Below are positions 25,704 through 39,465 of a DNA stretch of 64,000 nt, piece after piece; the stretch's first letter is position 1, and each line of letters begins with the position of its first letter. The notes beneath the pieces are model-generated. The model searched no databases, was not told where the DNA came from, and saw only the letters and a list, made by a program, of their open reading frames with translations. The stretch spans positions 18,333,018 to 18,397,017 of the forward strand of contig NC_081376.1 in NCBI RefSeq assembly GCF_030684315.1, read 5' to 3'. Position numbers and translations under genes: made by a program. The stretch is from Stegostoma tigrinum (Eukaryota).

Positions 25704-26569
25704 GTCACAGGGTGTCACACCAGAGTGTATCATGCGAGTCACTAAAACCAAACCAAACCCACAGGTCCTGTTCTAAAAACAGAATTGCTAAACTTTGCCC
25801 TTGACTGAGGTTCCACAGAACAAGCTGCATTACAAACCTACACACCTAGTTTCTTTTCCAGTGATAGAATGAGAACTCTTTGCAAACTGCTCCCACGACT
25901 TTCACATTGATGTTTAGATGTACACAAGATGGTCATCTTTATTTTCCATTTGGAATGCCTAATTTGCAAACACTCCTACCTTCCACCTCCCCAAAACAGC
26001 CAAAGCGTTTACCTGTGCCTCAGTGGGTAGTTCCCTCTTCTGAGTCACAGTATTGTGGTTTGGAGTTCTGTTCCAGAGACTGGAGTACACAATCTAAACT
26101 TGCATTCTCAGAGGAAATGTTCTATTCAACATGCTTGCAGTTGGCTTATTGCACCAAGCATTTCCTCAAGATGAGCTGAGTATTTATGTAATCCTACAGA
26201 AGATTGTTTGTGATCCTACATTTGAGAAGGCTATAGTGCACTGCATGTAACTACATGAGGCATCTCTGTTGTATTAACTTTTTAAATTGAATTTATCTTT
26301 TTATTTTAAATATCCTTTACTTGGTTAACATGTTTAAATTACTTTGGTTTTCATTGGTTTGTTGTAGCAAAAGTTTGAAAAATTGAAGTCTTGTCCAGCA
26401 ATTCTCTTTCCATTAGGGTCAAAAACATGTGACCTTTGAAAAGTGACCAGTCTCTGAAGCAATGGTGACGTATGAAATGTTAAAACCAAGGCCCTGCCTG
26501 ACCTTTCAAACAGAACCACAACTGGCTGTTTTGTACAGCACAGAAGATCAAAGTGCATTAAATAAGTAG

Positions 26570-29500
26570 TACCGGGGCACAGATAGGCATTTCTGTGGCT
26601 GCGAGCGACTCCCCAGATGTGTACTGCCTCCACAGTAACAGGGTGAAGGATGTCTCTGAGCGGGCAGGAGACATCCTCTAAAGAGTGAGCATCCAGAGGT
26701 TGTGATCCAAATTGGTACGAACACCGTAGACAAGAAAAGTGATGAGATCCTGCAAAAAGAGTTTAGGGGTAGGGTAGTAAGTTGAAAAGCAGGATGTTTA
26801 GGGTTGTAATCTCTGGATTACTCCCTGTGCCATGTGGCAGTGAGGCTAGGGATAAGAAGAGAGTACCACTAAAAACATGGCTAAACAGCTGGGAGGAGGG
26901 AAGGCTTCAGGTATATGGATCATTAGGATGTTTTCCGGGGAGGTGGGACCTGTGCAAGAAACAGTTGCACAAATATCCTGGCAGGAGGTTTGCTAACGCC
27001 ATTCAGAAGGGTTTAAACTAGTGTGGCAGGGAGGTGGGAACGAGAGAAGTAGGTCAGTAAGTGAAATGATTGAGGAGAAATCAGACTCAGGCCTGTAAGG
27101 CTAAGAGGAAGAACAGACAGGGAGATGTTACTGAACATAACAGGACTGGGGTCTGAAGTGTATTTGTTTTAATAATGAGGAGTATGACAGGTCAGGCAAG
27201 TGAGCTTAGTTATATGTATTAATCCAAGCTCTATGATATTGTAGCTATTACAAAGACTTGGTTAAGAAAGGGACAATTTGGCAGCTTAAAAGATTTAGAT
27301 GTTTTAAGTGTGATAAACCCTGATAAACAACAGGGTTCTTGTGGGTGCTTTCAACTCCCCTCAATATTGATTGGGACTCCCTTAGTACCAGGGGCTTGGG
27401 ATGGAATAGGGAGGGGTGGGTGGATTTGTGAGGTGCATACAGGATGGTTTCTTGAAGCAATATGTAAACAGTCCAACTGGGGAAGTGGCCTATTAGATCT
27501 GGTATTAGGGAATGACCGAGCCCGGCCAGGTCGAAGTTTCAGTGGAAAATGGGAGCATTTTGTGAACAGTGACAATAATTCTGTACATTTTGAATTATTT
27601 ACAGGTAAGGATTAGAGTAGGTCTTGGGTGAAAGTACTAAAAACTGTGGGGAGGGTAACTACCACAACATTAGGCAGGATCTGGGGAAGTGTCGATTGGG
27701 GGCAGCTGTTTGGAGGGTAAATTCACATGTCATGTGGGAATCTTTTAAGGCCAGTTGCTTAGCATGCAGGACCAGTATGCTCCTGTGAAAATCAAGGATA
27801 AGGATGGCAAGATTGGGGAACCTCGAATGACAATAGAAATTGTGAGCTAGTCAAAAAGAAAGGAGGCATCCATGAGGATTAGGAAACTGAAGACAGACAG
27901 AGCCCTTGAAGAATATAAAAGAACTTAAACAAGGAATTATGAGGGATAAAGGGGCCATGAAATAACCTTGGAAACAGAATTAAGGAAAATCCAAAAGCAT
28001 TTTATCCGTATAAGGAGCGAGAGGGTAGCAAGGTCCACTCAAGGACAAAAGAGAATTTACACACGGAGCTGGAAGAAGTGAGTAAGGTCCTTAACAAACT
28101 TTATGTATTAGTACTCTCGAAGGAGAAAGACATGGCGGTTGTTGAGTCTAGAGAGGGTTATGTTGATGTTCTAGGGCATGTTGCTATTAAAAAAGGTAGT
28201 GTGGGTGTTTTGAAAAGCAATAAAGTAGATCAGTCCTATGGACCTGCTGGGATCTATCCCAGAATGGTGAGGAAAGAAATTGCTGGGGCCTTGAATGAAA
28301 TCTTTGTATCCACTTTAGTCCCAGAAGATATCCTATAGGACTCGAGATTAGTCAAGTTGTTCCTTCAAGGAGGAGAACAGGGATAGTAGAGGACATTACA
28401 GGCCAGTGACCCTTATGTTAGTGGTAGGAAAATTATTGGGAGAAGATTAGGGACAAGATTTATTCACATTTGGAAAAATATATGGACTTATTAGCCACAG
28501 ACAACATGACTTTGTGCAGGGAAGGTCATGTCTCTCAATAAAAACCGAAAGAATTGCAGATGCTGTAAATCAGGAACAAAAATAAAGTTGCTGGAAAAGC
28601 TCAGCAGATCTGGCAGCATCTGTGGAAGAGAAAACAGTTAACGTTTCGGGTCTGGTGACCCCCACCCCTGAGACCTGCTGAGCTTTTCCAGTAACTTTGT
28701 TTTTGTCATTTCTCTCAAACTTGGATTTGAGTTTTTTTTTGAAGAAATGATAGAGACAATTGATGAGAGAAGGGTGGTGGATGTTGGATACATGTACTTT
28801 AGCAAGGCCTTTGACAAGGTCCCTTGTGGCAGGCTGATACAGGTGAAGTCATATGGGATCCACACAGTGACCTGGTAAGATGGATAGAGAACTGGCTTGG
28901 TTATTGAGGACAGTAGTGGTGGAAGGGGAGTTTTTCCAACAGGAGGTTTGTGACCCATGATGTTCTTCAGAGATCAGTGCTGGAGCCGGTGTTGTTTGTA
29001 ATGATTGGGAGGAGAAAGTACGTAGTCTGATTAGTAAGTTTGCAAATGACATGAAGATTAGGGGAGTTGCAGATAATGAAGAGGATTGCTAGAGGATACA
29101 GCAGAATATAGGTATGATGATGATTTGGGCAGAGAAACAGCAGATGTAGTTTAATCCAGACATGCAAGTTGATACATTTTGGAAGGTCTAATGCAGCAGG
29201 GATATTTAAGTATGTGGCAGAACCCTTAGAAGCATTAACAAACAGGGATCTGGCGTACAATTCCATAATTCTCAGAGTAGTAACACAATTGGATAAGGCA
29301 TATGGCATGCTTACCTTCATTAGTCAGAGCTTGGAGTATTAAAAACTGGTAAGTCATGTTGCAGCTGCATTTAGTAGGGCTACTTTGGAATTATTCGTAC
29401 ACTTCTAGTCACACTACTGGAAGGATATGGAGGCTTTGGAGAGGTACAGAAACAATTTGCCAGGATGTTGGCTGGCTTGGATGGCATTAGCTGTGAAGAG

Positions 29501-29905
29501 AGATTAGACAAACTTGTTTTATCCTCCACACATTAAAGTCAGAGGCTGAGGAAGCGACCCAATAGAAATTTACAAAATTATGAGAAGCACAAATAGAATG
29601 GATAGTCAGTCTTTTTTTGCTAGAGTAGCAACGTAATGACTAGGTGACATAGTTTGAAGGTAAATGCAGTAAGATTAAATGAGATGCAAGAAAGTTTTTT
29701 TTTTAAAAACTGAGGTTTGTAATTGCCTGGAGTGAGCTGCCAGAAGTGATGATAGATGCAGATCCAGTAGCAATGTTTAAGAGACATCTTGACAGATGCA
29801 TGATTAGGCAGGGAACAGAGACAGAAGCTTTTTAAGTTTAGAAAGACCATGTGTCTTGGTGGGTCTGAAGGGCCTTTTCTCGTGCTGTACTAAGCTCTTC
29901 ATTCT
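26570..29905 (+). mobile_element. Near-full-length degenerate CR1
   Basis: ORF1 SGNH-like segments (HPEVVIQIGTN, RVVISGLLPVP), APE end (LLDLVLGN, SDNN), GPAGIYPR, RT remnants and 3'UTR. Confidence 0.85.
28539..28704. mobile_element. Fold-back mini-element of the second pLTR family in CR1 ORF2
   Basis: aaagttgctggaaaagctcagcag is inverted against ctgctgagcttttccagtaacttt. 14-bp TSD gtcat(g/t)tctctcaa at 28525-28538 and 28705-28718. Confidence 0.78.
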
Positions 29906-31892
29906 AAGAACTCTGGCTCTGAATGAAATATCATAGCATTCTATTCGGCAGGTTTTGTTAGTGGTACCTCCCACTCTCAGCAATAGGTTAAAGCAGCAAG
30001 TCCCAAGTCTCCCTCAGCTGCAACAAGAATTGAACCTGCACTGTTAGGATAATTCTGTTTTACACACTAGCCGTTTAGTCAGCTGCTTAGAGAAAAGCTC
30101 TCCTGGCACTAATTCAAAGAACAGCATTCTGGTTCTCCCCAGTACCCTCCTATTTATTCCTCAACCAACATCACACCCATGGCAATTAGTGGAAACTTGC
30201 TGTGTGCAAGCTTACTGCTCCATTTTCTACATCAGTACCGCACTGGAAATAACTTAGTTGTTAGTACATTTCTTTCAACATAATCCTCTTCTGAAGCCCC
30301 AGGGGATATTTTATGATAAAAGCATTGAAAGTTGTTGTGAGGGCAAAACACAGAAGAAATGTATGCTGCACTTGAGATGTATGTGCCCTGATAATAACCA
30401 AGCCCCGTCCAATGGTAGCGAATAAATCGGCATGAACCAAACAAGAGGTTGACTAGCATAGTGGATGCAGCCAAATTAGTTTGAGCCTGAATGATGAAGA
30501 GAAAGCACACACAACGTGCAGTCAGTTTCCTTTCTCGAAACTTGAATGTTTAGATTACCATTTTGGTAAAGTGTGCTGATGAGCTAGAAGCAGCACCAGT
30601 TTCTGCTCACTTTGCACTTTTGGGAGGAGGGTGTGATGGGGAAAAAGATGATTAATTTTGTGCACATGTTCATAATTTACAGATTGTTATATACTTGTGA
30701 TAGCTTATAGAATACTGACATTTGATTACCAGCACACCATCCCCATTACGGTCACTGGCACTCAGGAAACTAAAGGATTTTAATTGGAATTGCTTCCTTT
30801 TTAACAAAACTGGTTCAATTACACATTGCCAGTGGCAGCTCTGGGTGCAAATAATGTTTGTCCCAAAATGTCCCTTTGTTCCCCTTCCACTTTCCAATTC
30901 TCCCATCACCACCGAATATGTCAATGCCACCCTTTTCAGGAAAAGCCTTCCATGATTCAGGCTCAAGCCTTGGGCAGCATCCTCAGGACATACTCATTCG
31001 ACGCGGCCACTCTATCCAACACAGTCGATCTTCACACAAGTTTACAAAGAATCATATCGACTCGAGTTCAGAGCTAAATAAAAAATATATCTTTTGTTTT
31101 ATGCAGCTTGCCAAAGGACAATTGTACACATTGCTCTACATTTTGTTTGAGAAAGACAGGACAGCAAAAATAAAATGTTTGAAAGACAGACATTCAGTAC
31201 TCAAAAAGTTTTCAAAAGGTATACTCCTAAGTCTTTGTTGGGTGTGGATTACTTTCCCATTCAATACTTGAACAGTTGTTGAGACCAGGAGAATTAACCA
31301 CGGCAAGTTACATTGGAACATAAAGGAGCAGGAATAGGCTATTCGGCCCTTTGAGCTTGTTCCACCATTCAATACAATTATGGCTGATCTGGTTCTGGTC
31401 TCATCATGCTTCCAGAGTCTGAACAGTACACAGATTTCAGTTATGGATGTCTTTCTTTTCAGCTTTCAGGCAAATTAACTCTGAAACAGTGCCTCTTGCA
31501 CACTGGGATATTGGGTGTGAATCTGGGGTTCAGATCTAGGCCCGGCTTCAAGACACTTTTTCACCCACCCCACAAGTTTTTTTTAAAAGTTTCAGATTTG
31601 CAGGTTTTCGCAAGCTTGAGGGCTCATTTTGAAGTCCTAGCTTTATAATGTTCAGGAGATGCCCTAGTTGAATGGTGAATATCTCACCATTAGATACAAT
31701 CTCAAGAAGGTGAGTTGATTAAGGGCATTCCCTCACATAGAGCAGGTCATTCAGATCAATTCAATTAGCTCATGCCTCATGTCTATCTTAGCTTCAACTA
31801 CCTATCTTGGTTCCATAACCCATCAATGCCCTTGCCCAACCCTTCAGCTGAAAGTTCCAATGGAAGACTAGAAAGACAGAAGTGCCAAGGAC

Positions 31893-32279
31893 CTAAGAGT
31901 CAGATGACTTGACAATGGTGATGACACTGGTGGTTGGAGTGGGGCCCTTGGCCATAGTCCGAGCATAGTTCTGGAGGGCTTCGTACTTGCACCGCAGACC
32001 ATCGAGTTCCAATCTCATGTTGGCATTCTCTCTGGTCAGCTTTGCCACCTCCTGCTGGAGGTCAGCCCTCTGTCGCTGCAACTCCTCTTTTTGCGTCACA
32101 CGTTTGACCCGGCAGCTGGCTGCGTAACCTCGGTTCTTCAGTGTCCGCCTACGCTGCTTCAGCTGAATAATCTCCTCTTTGCTCAAGCCTCGCAGGTGTT
32201 GGTTCAGCTCTCGGACTGTCATGGAGACCAACTCCTGGTCACTGAGTGTCAAGGCATTTTCACCGACCTCCTTCTTAAC
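31893..32279 (-). CDS. mafk: Small Maf bZIP transcription factor (MafK/MafG-like), last coding exon (128 aa + TAG)
   Basis: Translates [31 protein letters not shown]...[28 protein letters not shown]...[13 protein letters not shown], i.e. the small-Maf extended homology region, basic region and zipper. Acceptor (minus) tctgattacag|GTT at 32281-32280, phase 0. Family is certain; mafk versus mafg orthology is not. Confidence 0.93.
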   Translation of the reverse strand, partial: VKKEVGENALTLSDQELVSMTVRELNQHLRGLSKEEIIQLKQRRRTLKNRGYAASCRVKRVTQKEELQRQRADLQQEVAKLTRENANMRLELDGLRCKYEALQNYARTMAKGPTPTTSVITIVKSSDS

Positions 32280-33664
32280 CTGTAATCAGAAAATACTTTC
32301 AACTTGTTGTCTTTCCTTCCCTAACCTGTCTGCTCACTAGCGCTCTCAAGCACTATCTTTTAGGAAACTTGACTTCTCACCAATAAAGAACTCTGCTCAG
32401 TCTGCACCTGAAAACATCACCAACAGTACACCAGGGCTGCAGAATGTACTGTCTGCAAATTATGATCCCTACTGATAGTTATATCGAACAAGTCTAATCC
32501 CAGAGGGAGACCTGGCTGACAAATTTACATTTTTTTCCATTTTGTTTATACTGGCGGTCACTACCTGTACATACTCTCAAGAGGCTTCTTGACGCTTCAT
32601 TAGGCTACTTTAAATAGAATGTCATTAACTGAAAGCCAAAACAAGAGCTATGTTACGCGATATAACTAATTTACCCCAACAATGTTACAGACACTGAGAC
32701 CTCAGTGAAGATTCCAACCCAACCACCGCACCCCGAATGCTAAAGCTTCTAGCTCAGTTGGCATGGATGTAATTGGATTTTACAGACTTCTTCTAACTGA
32801 CCTCTAAGCACCTTCAGAGAAAATCTGTGCATTTTCATACATTCAGCTTTCTGAATGTTTCTGGCCAGCTTCCATACTGGAGTAAACACAGGCAGACTAA
32901 CTTACTGACATTGTAGATGCTTCGATCTCAACTGCTGCATCTCTAGAGACCTTGTTGCTGTGAAAAAGTCCACTTTTCTTTCTTTTTATTACTTTGAATG
33001 GTTAAACCCCAGCTTGACTACAGAGCTGTAAACACTGACTAAAAATGCACGTATAAGCAAACCTGAGATTTCCTGGCAGCAAAAAATCCTAAATTCATTA
33101 ATAAAGCTAAAACTGTGTCCTTCCCCTCCACCTTCTAAACTAAGACAATACAGAAGTACAAATCAGACTTAAAGCTGACATCATTCCTTCATTTAATTCC
33201 ATCTCATTCCCAAATAACAATAGATTGTGGAGCTCCATCATTCAAGACATACTGCAGCAATTCACCAAAGCTTTTCAACACCCCCTAAATACATGATGAT
33301 AGGTATGAGAACATCATATGCCATGTGCTGCAATGCCAAACACTAACACTGTGTGTTTGGGGTGGTTTGCTGCCTTCATCCATTTGCTTTGAGTAGGCTC
33401 AGGGTTCACAGAGGTTGAGGAATACCCTGTTGAGGCTCTTGTCTGAATCAATTACAAATTTAATGCATTATAGCAGGTTACATTGGTAGACATTTATAGC
33501 TAAAATGTTGGGGTACAGGGAGCATTTTGAAAATCTGTTGCAGCCCACTGAAATATTTAGGAATGGAATTATACAGTCAAACAAGCAGGTTCCTGAGAAG
33601 GAGCAAAAACTACTGAGCCATTGAAGAGTAGCAAATAAGACAAACATTTTTTAAAAAAACTCAC

Positions 33665-33700
33665 CTTTGTTGCTTTGCTTCCTTTGGGATTAGCCGTCAT
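33665..33700 (-). CDS. mafk: Small Maf first coding exon (MTANPKGSKATK); whole exon 33665-33740 including 40 nt of 5'UTR
   Basis: ATG at 33700-33698, 12 codons, donor AAG|gtgag at 33664, acceptor gtgtttgcag at 33742-33741. The 36-nt first coding segment matches vertebrate MAFK/MAFG (MTTNPKPNKALK / MTTPNKGNKALK) and joins in frame to the next exon. Confidence 0.92.
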
Positions 33701-35706
33701 TACCCCAGCAACATCAGAGATTAGAGAGACAGAAGTACACCTGCAAACACCACAAAATAAGAAGCATAAACGATCATTTCAGTCTTTCATCATTAAAACA
33801 AAAGTGAGCAGGGAGTGGTTCTTGTGGTGCAATTCTTATGTCCCAACCTCCGAGCCAGGAGGCCTGGATTCAAGTCTCACTTGTTCCACAGGGGTGTAAA
33901 ACCCATCTCTGTACAGGCCGATTTGGAAATATGTGAAACAAAATCGGCATCTTCCTTTCCATCAGAGAACTGTGCTGGTACACCTTTCATTGCTGAGGTA
34001 GCCTATATAGCTCAACCATCTCAGCAAACTTACTGATATCCCTTCAGATTTACAAGTTTTTCAATAAACAGCCAGAGTTTTCCATTGTACACATTAATTA
34101 GAGACTATGCAGGATCTTCCAAATAAAAAAGAAGTCACCTCAGGAACGTCCAAGCCTCAATGGCCCCATTGAGACAGCCACTTACAGCTGGGTCACCAGT
34201 CTTTCAATTGGCCTTGACAACTTAGACCAGAACAGCATCTCGGACAAAGCAGCCCACTCTAAACATTTACTCCTTCTGTACTAGTACCTCCTGGCTGCAA
34301 TGTGTATTCGTATGATGCACTACAACTCATATCTACTCCCAACCCTGTGATCTTTAGCCTTCATAGGGTTGACAGTAGCATGAGGATGGGAACAACAGCA
34401 TCTTCAAATCACAAATCCCTCTGTTTGGTCACACAATCAATCATTCTGTCAAAGCAACTGGGACAAAACTTCCCAACTAAGAGTACTGTGGGACTACTTT
34501 CCCCATTTGTAGGAGTTCATCAACCAGCAAAGTCAGCAATGCCACATCCTAAAGTAAATTACTTTGAAAGGTGCGTGTCTACGGTCCTGATTATTACCCA
34601 ATGAAGCTCAGTATTGTATAGAGCTGCTGGGTAAGGAAGGGATTGGGATTGGCTAAGCAAGGGCAGAGAGGACCGGAAGCCCCTCTGTAGCTGTACCCAG
34701 GCTGAGACAATGACATGGACGAAAATACTGTGTCCCATGGGGAGCATGTGCCCATCTTCCCACTCCAATGTCGATGCCCAATTTCATGACAAGACCAGAC
34801 TGTGACAAAGAGAACTTTCAAGTATATAGCACTTTTCAGAAACTCCGGATATCCCACAGCACTTTACCATTGCCATAAAGGAAATATTGCTCACTGGGAG
34901 TGTTTACCTTATTTAATTGGCTACCGTGCAATAATGATCAGATCATTTGCTTTAATTGCACTGGCTGATAGGCAATTAAATGTTCAGGACTCAAGGACAA
35001 ATTTCCCTGCTTTTTCTTTGAAGTATAGCATCGTGGGATCTTTTACATGCACTGGTGAAGGCAGATACAGCCTCAATTTAATATCATCCCAAGAACAATG
35101 CGACACTTCAACACTGCAGGAAGCAACAGTCTAGAGTTTATGTTTAAGTACCTTTAGTGGGAAATGCATCCAGATCCAATCACTCCCAAGCAGGTCCTAT
35201 TACTGCCAAAGTCCTAGTGCTGTGGAGGTCCCTTCTGGGGACTACCTGCCCCAAATTGAATCTTCATTGGGTTTCTAAGCCTCTGCAAGAACGTAATACT
35301 AAATTAACCCACATCACAGCCGAAAATGGGAATGTTTTCACTCCCCAAAATAGTATGGAGCATGATAATTTATAAATTGCACCATCCCTCACTATTTTTA
35401 AACTGTATTGGATAGAACTAGCAGCTCCCTCTGGCTGTTTTGTTGGGGTGTCGGGGTGATTGCTTTGTTTGCCCAGCATAAAATGCCAAAGCTCAAACCA
35501 TTTGCTTGTAGATGATTAGATTAAAGGATCAGGAAAACCAAAAGAGAGAGACATTTAAAGCAAGTTCCCCCACCCAAATACCCTCAAAAAGAAAGAATGG
35601 AAAAAATGAGACTACAAATAAACAAGAACTGCATTTAAAATGGAAGTGGTAGACGAGTGGGAGTGAGCATTTGGTGGTGTTACATGTGAGGCACGTTGTA
35701 ACTAAG

Positions 35707-35723
35707 CCCCCCCCCCCCCCCCC
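35707..35723. repeat. Poly-C run (17 nt)
   Basis: Seen directly. Confidence 0.9.
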
Positions 35724-37351
35724 AACTTATTTACATACAAACTTTACAGCAATAGACCACATCCTGGAGATCAGTGATTGTGTACACCCAAACAAACCTT
35801 TCCACACAGACTGCAACATGCCTTCCATTTTAAATGCATGACTGTCTTTGCTGCTTTGCATTATGGCTGTGGCAAATGTCACTTGAGCAAATGATAAAGC
35901 TTCCCACCTTCCCTGCAGCCCTTACCCTGCTCATACCATCGCAGACCAAGAGTTACACAAGCTTTGTATCCTGAAGCCTTGATCAATTCAGAACCGTTCG
36001 ATACCAAGCACTTCCTCTCTGCTGGATCTCCGTGTTGGTGAATACATTGATAACCCAAAGTCAGAGAAAATGATCTGGAAGATCCAACTTTGATTCCCAC
36101 TATTTGCTAAAGCCAGCAATAACAACTCACATTTACAAAGCACCTTCAATGGACCTTTAAAATCTTCTACTTTTCATGCTCAATCTAAATCATTCAATCT
36201 ATAATCAAGTAGTTAAACTGACCTAGCAACAAGTTTTGGAATACAACACCGTAAGCAGAAACAAGGTAGAGAGCATTCTAGCATCCAAATCAAAGGCTTT
36301 GGATTCAAGTCCCACTCCAGGAACATGTGCTTAAGATCTTAATTGAGATTCCAGTGCAGAAATGAGAAGGTGCTACACTGTCAGGGGTGCTGCCCTTCAA
36401 CTGAAGTGTTAAATTTACACCCTGTAAAGTCACCATAGTCCTAACAGGCCAGAGGGCTGTTCTTTTATTAGAGACAGATGTCTGGTGGTGGTCTAACCTG
36501 TGTTTCAGCCCACCTCAAGCAAAGGGAGAGGTTAGGAAGGAGAGAACTTCACGGTATCCTCAGCCAATGTGGGAACTGAGCCCACGCTGTTGTCATTACT
36601 CTGCATTGCAAATCAGCCATGCCAATTTAGCTAACCGAAACACCCTATACATTCCCATAGGTGGATAGAACAGATCTCTTTCGCTCTTGTGCTTTCTACA
36701 TTACAACAATAGCTATGACTGTGAAGTTCTTTGGCAGCTCTTGAGTGTGAATGTTGTTTTAATAATGAGATGTTTCCTTTTTGATGCCAATCATTGAAAT
36801 TCAAACAAATAAACTTCCAAGTTGTCTATCTTCACTGTGAGCTTGGTTCTTTTACATTTTCAGAACCGTTATATAACTATTAGCATTACAACAACCCCTG
36901 AAGAACCAGGTATTCTCGCCTCTAAAGTAATTCTTTCACCTGATCATTTAATTAATTCTTCAAAAACAGAAAAATAAAGAATAATTCTATTAAAGTTGGT
37001 CAAATACAACTGCTCAGTGAATTTGACCTGGTTTTCTAATTGGCCCTGTTTTGTCAAATACTCGACTGTTCTTGATTTAATGGTTTCCAAGAGATTGGCC
37101 ATATGAGGATTAGAATAACTGATGGTCAGTTACCTAGTTGTGCCCCTCTCCTTTCCTTGAGAAGAGAGAATCCATACGTCAGCATATCTGGAACAAATGG
37201 GTATAACCTTAAAATTAGAGCTTAATCATGGTGGGGTGTGGTGGCGAAGTCAGGAAGCACTCCAATGCACAGAGTACTGGAAATCTGTCCAAAAATGCTG
37301 CTGAGCCTAGGGATTAACTGAAAATTTCCAAACTGAGATGAATAAAGCCGG

Positions 37352-38059
37352 TGTGTATACTGCATCCACTGTACCCGGTGTGGCATCCTCTACATTGGGG
37401 AAACCGAGCAGAGGCTTGGGGACCGCTTTGCAGAACACCTCCGCTCGGTTCGCAATAAACAACTGCACCTCCCAGTCGCAAACCATTTCCACTCCCCCTC
37501 CCATTCTTTAGATGACATGTCCATCATGGGCCTCCTGCAGTGCCACAATGATGCCACCTGAAGGTTGCAGGAACAGCAACTCATATTCTGCTTGGGAACC
37601 CTGCAGCCCAATGATATCAATGTGGACTTGACCAGCTTCAAAATCTCCCCTTCCCCTACCGCATCCCAAAACCAGCCCAGTTCGTCCCCTCCCCCCACTG
37701 CATCCCAAAACCAGTCCAACCTGTCTCTGCCTCCCTAACCTGTTCTTCCTCTCACCCATCCCTTCCTCCCACCCCAAGCCGCACCTCCATCTCCTACCTA
37801 CTAACCTCATTCCACCTCCTTGACCTGTCTGTCTTCCCTGGACTGACCTATCCCCTCCCTACCTATACTCTCGTCTCCACCTATCTTCTTTTCTCTCCAT
37901 CTTTGGTCCGCCCTCCCCCCCCTCTCTCCCCTTATTTATTCCAGAGCCCTCTCCCCATCCCCCTCTCTGATGAAGGGTCTAGGCCCGAAACGTCAGCTTT
38001 TGTGCTCCTGAGATGCTGCTTGGCCTGCTGTGTTCGTCCAGCCTCACATTTCATTATCT
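37352..38059 (+). mobile_element. 5'-truncated Penelope-like element (GIY-YIG end + pLTR) in Maf intron 1
   Basis: Near-identical to 9790-10520. TSD tgaataaagc(c/t)gg at 37339-37351 and 38060-38072. Confidence 0.9.
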
Positions 38060-38384
38060 TGAATAAAGCTGGGTATTGCTGGGGGGGAAAAAAAAAGGGA
38101 CACATTGAGGTTCTTTTTCTCTCTTGCATTCATCAGAACAGACAAAAATTCCAAATTTCAAAAGGAACAAAAGCTTACTGTGCATGAGAAAAGGGTGCTG
38201 ACTGGTTGGCCAGTGGATTCTGATTGGTTTAGGTGTATTCATGGAGAACACACCATAGTAGCGTTGTCTCTAGTTGTTATTTAATTAAACAGAGCCTAGT
38301 CATTTGCTTTCTGTTTGCAGAATACAGGGTCTTACCCCAAAAGGATTTTGTAACATTTATGTCAAGGAGGGTAAATGGATTCTC

Positions 38385-39010
38385 TAAGAGATGTAGGAGC
38401 GGAGGTAGCCCATTCAGCACAACCTGTCTGCTCAGCCATTCGATGAAATCAGGCCTGATCTAATGATCCTCAGCTCCAATTTCTTTCTATTTCTCGACAA
38501 CTGTTGATACCATTACCTTTTCAGCCTTGAATACACATAACAACCAAACCTCGTCAGCCCTCTGGTGAAGAATTCAACAGATTCACTACTTCAGAAAAGA
38601 AATTCCTCCTCACTCTCTCTGTCTTAAATGGGAGATGTCTGACCCAGAGGGGATGCCCTCTGGTTTTCTCTTATGGGAGTGTAGGACAAGTCTATCAGCA
38701 TCAACCCTGTCAAACCTCTTAAGAATCTCATAGGTTTTATAAAGGTCTCCTCTTATTGCTCTAAATGCTAATAAATATAAAGGTCAACTTATACGACCTC
38801 TCCTTTATAAAGAAGATCCCCCCCATACCCAGAAACAACCTAGAGAACCTTCTCAGGACTTCCTCCAATGCCAGTATAACTTTGCTTTGATAAAGAAACC
38901 AAAATTGTTCCGATTAATGTCTTGTGTGATTTTAGCAAAAAAACTTTACTATTTTGTACTCCATTTCCTTTGAAATGAAGGCGTTTGAAATCAGCTCCAT
39001 TTACCTGCTG
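38385..39010 (-). mobile_element. Degenerate CR1 3' fragment
   Basis: Homologous to the 16800-17400 CR1 3' end. Confidence 0.7.
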
Positions 39011-39428
39011 GTATGCATGGGGTTACAGCTATAGAGAATCCCCCTCCAAAAACACACACTTCATCTAACATTGTGTTTGAGCTGTATGAGTTCACACAGA
39101 TACATGGGACCATCTGACTCAATCTCAGCAGATGCACTCATGCAGAGAAGTGGACTAGACCATGTATTAGATGACAAGACATAGAACATATAGCATAGGA
39201 ACAAACAGGAACAATTTATGCTGTAATTGCTTCCAAAACTACTTCATCTCATATTACGTACAATCCATCTGCTATATTTAATTTCCTCCATATCTGTTTA
39301 ACTAATTGCCCTGTAGGGGCTGATCTGTTTCCAGGTAAATGATTTTTGAAATGCTTACCAGATATGAAGAGAGGAGATGTGTTCTGCCAGAAGTTGCATG
39401 AGGGAAAGAAAGAAAGAAACCTATGAAA

Positions 39429-39429
<1 letters not shown>

Positions 39430-39461
<32 letters not shown>
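39430..39461. repeat. (CA)16 microsatellite
   Basis: Perfect CA run. Confidence 0.97.

Positions 39462-39465
<4 letters not shown>

Noticed and set aside
30490-30580. C box ATGATGA ... D box CTGA spacing, snoRNA-like
   Set aside because: No terminal stem, no recognisable rRNA guide and no plus-strand host intron evident.
32250-32252. ORF-track start for Maf at TTG
   Set aside because: Internal Leu codon. The real start is in the upstream exon at 33700.
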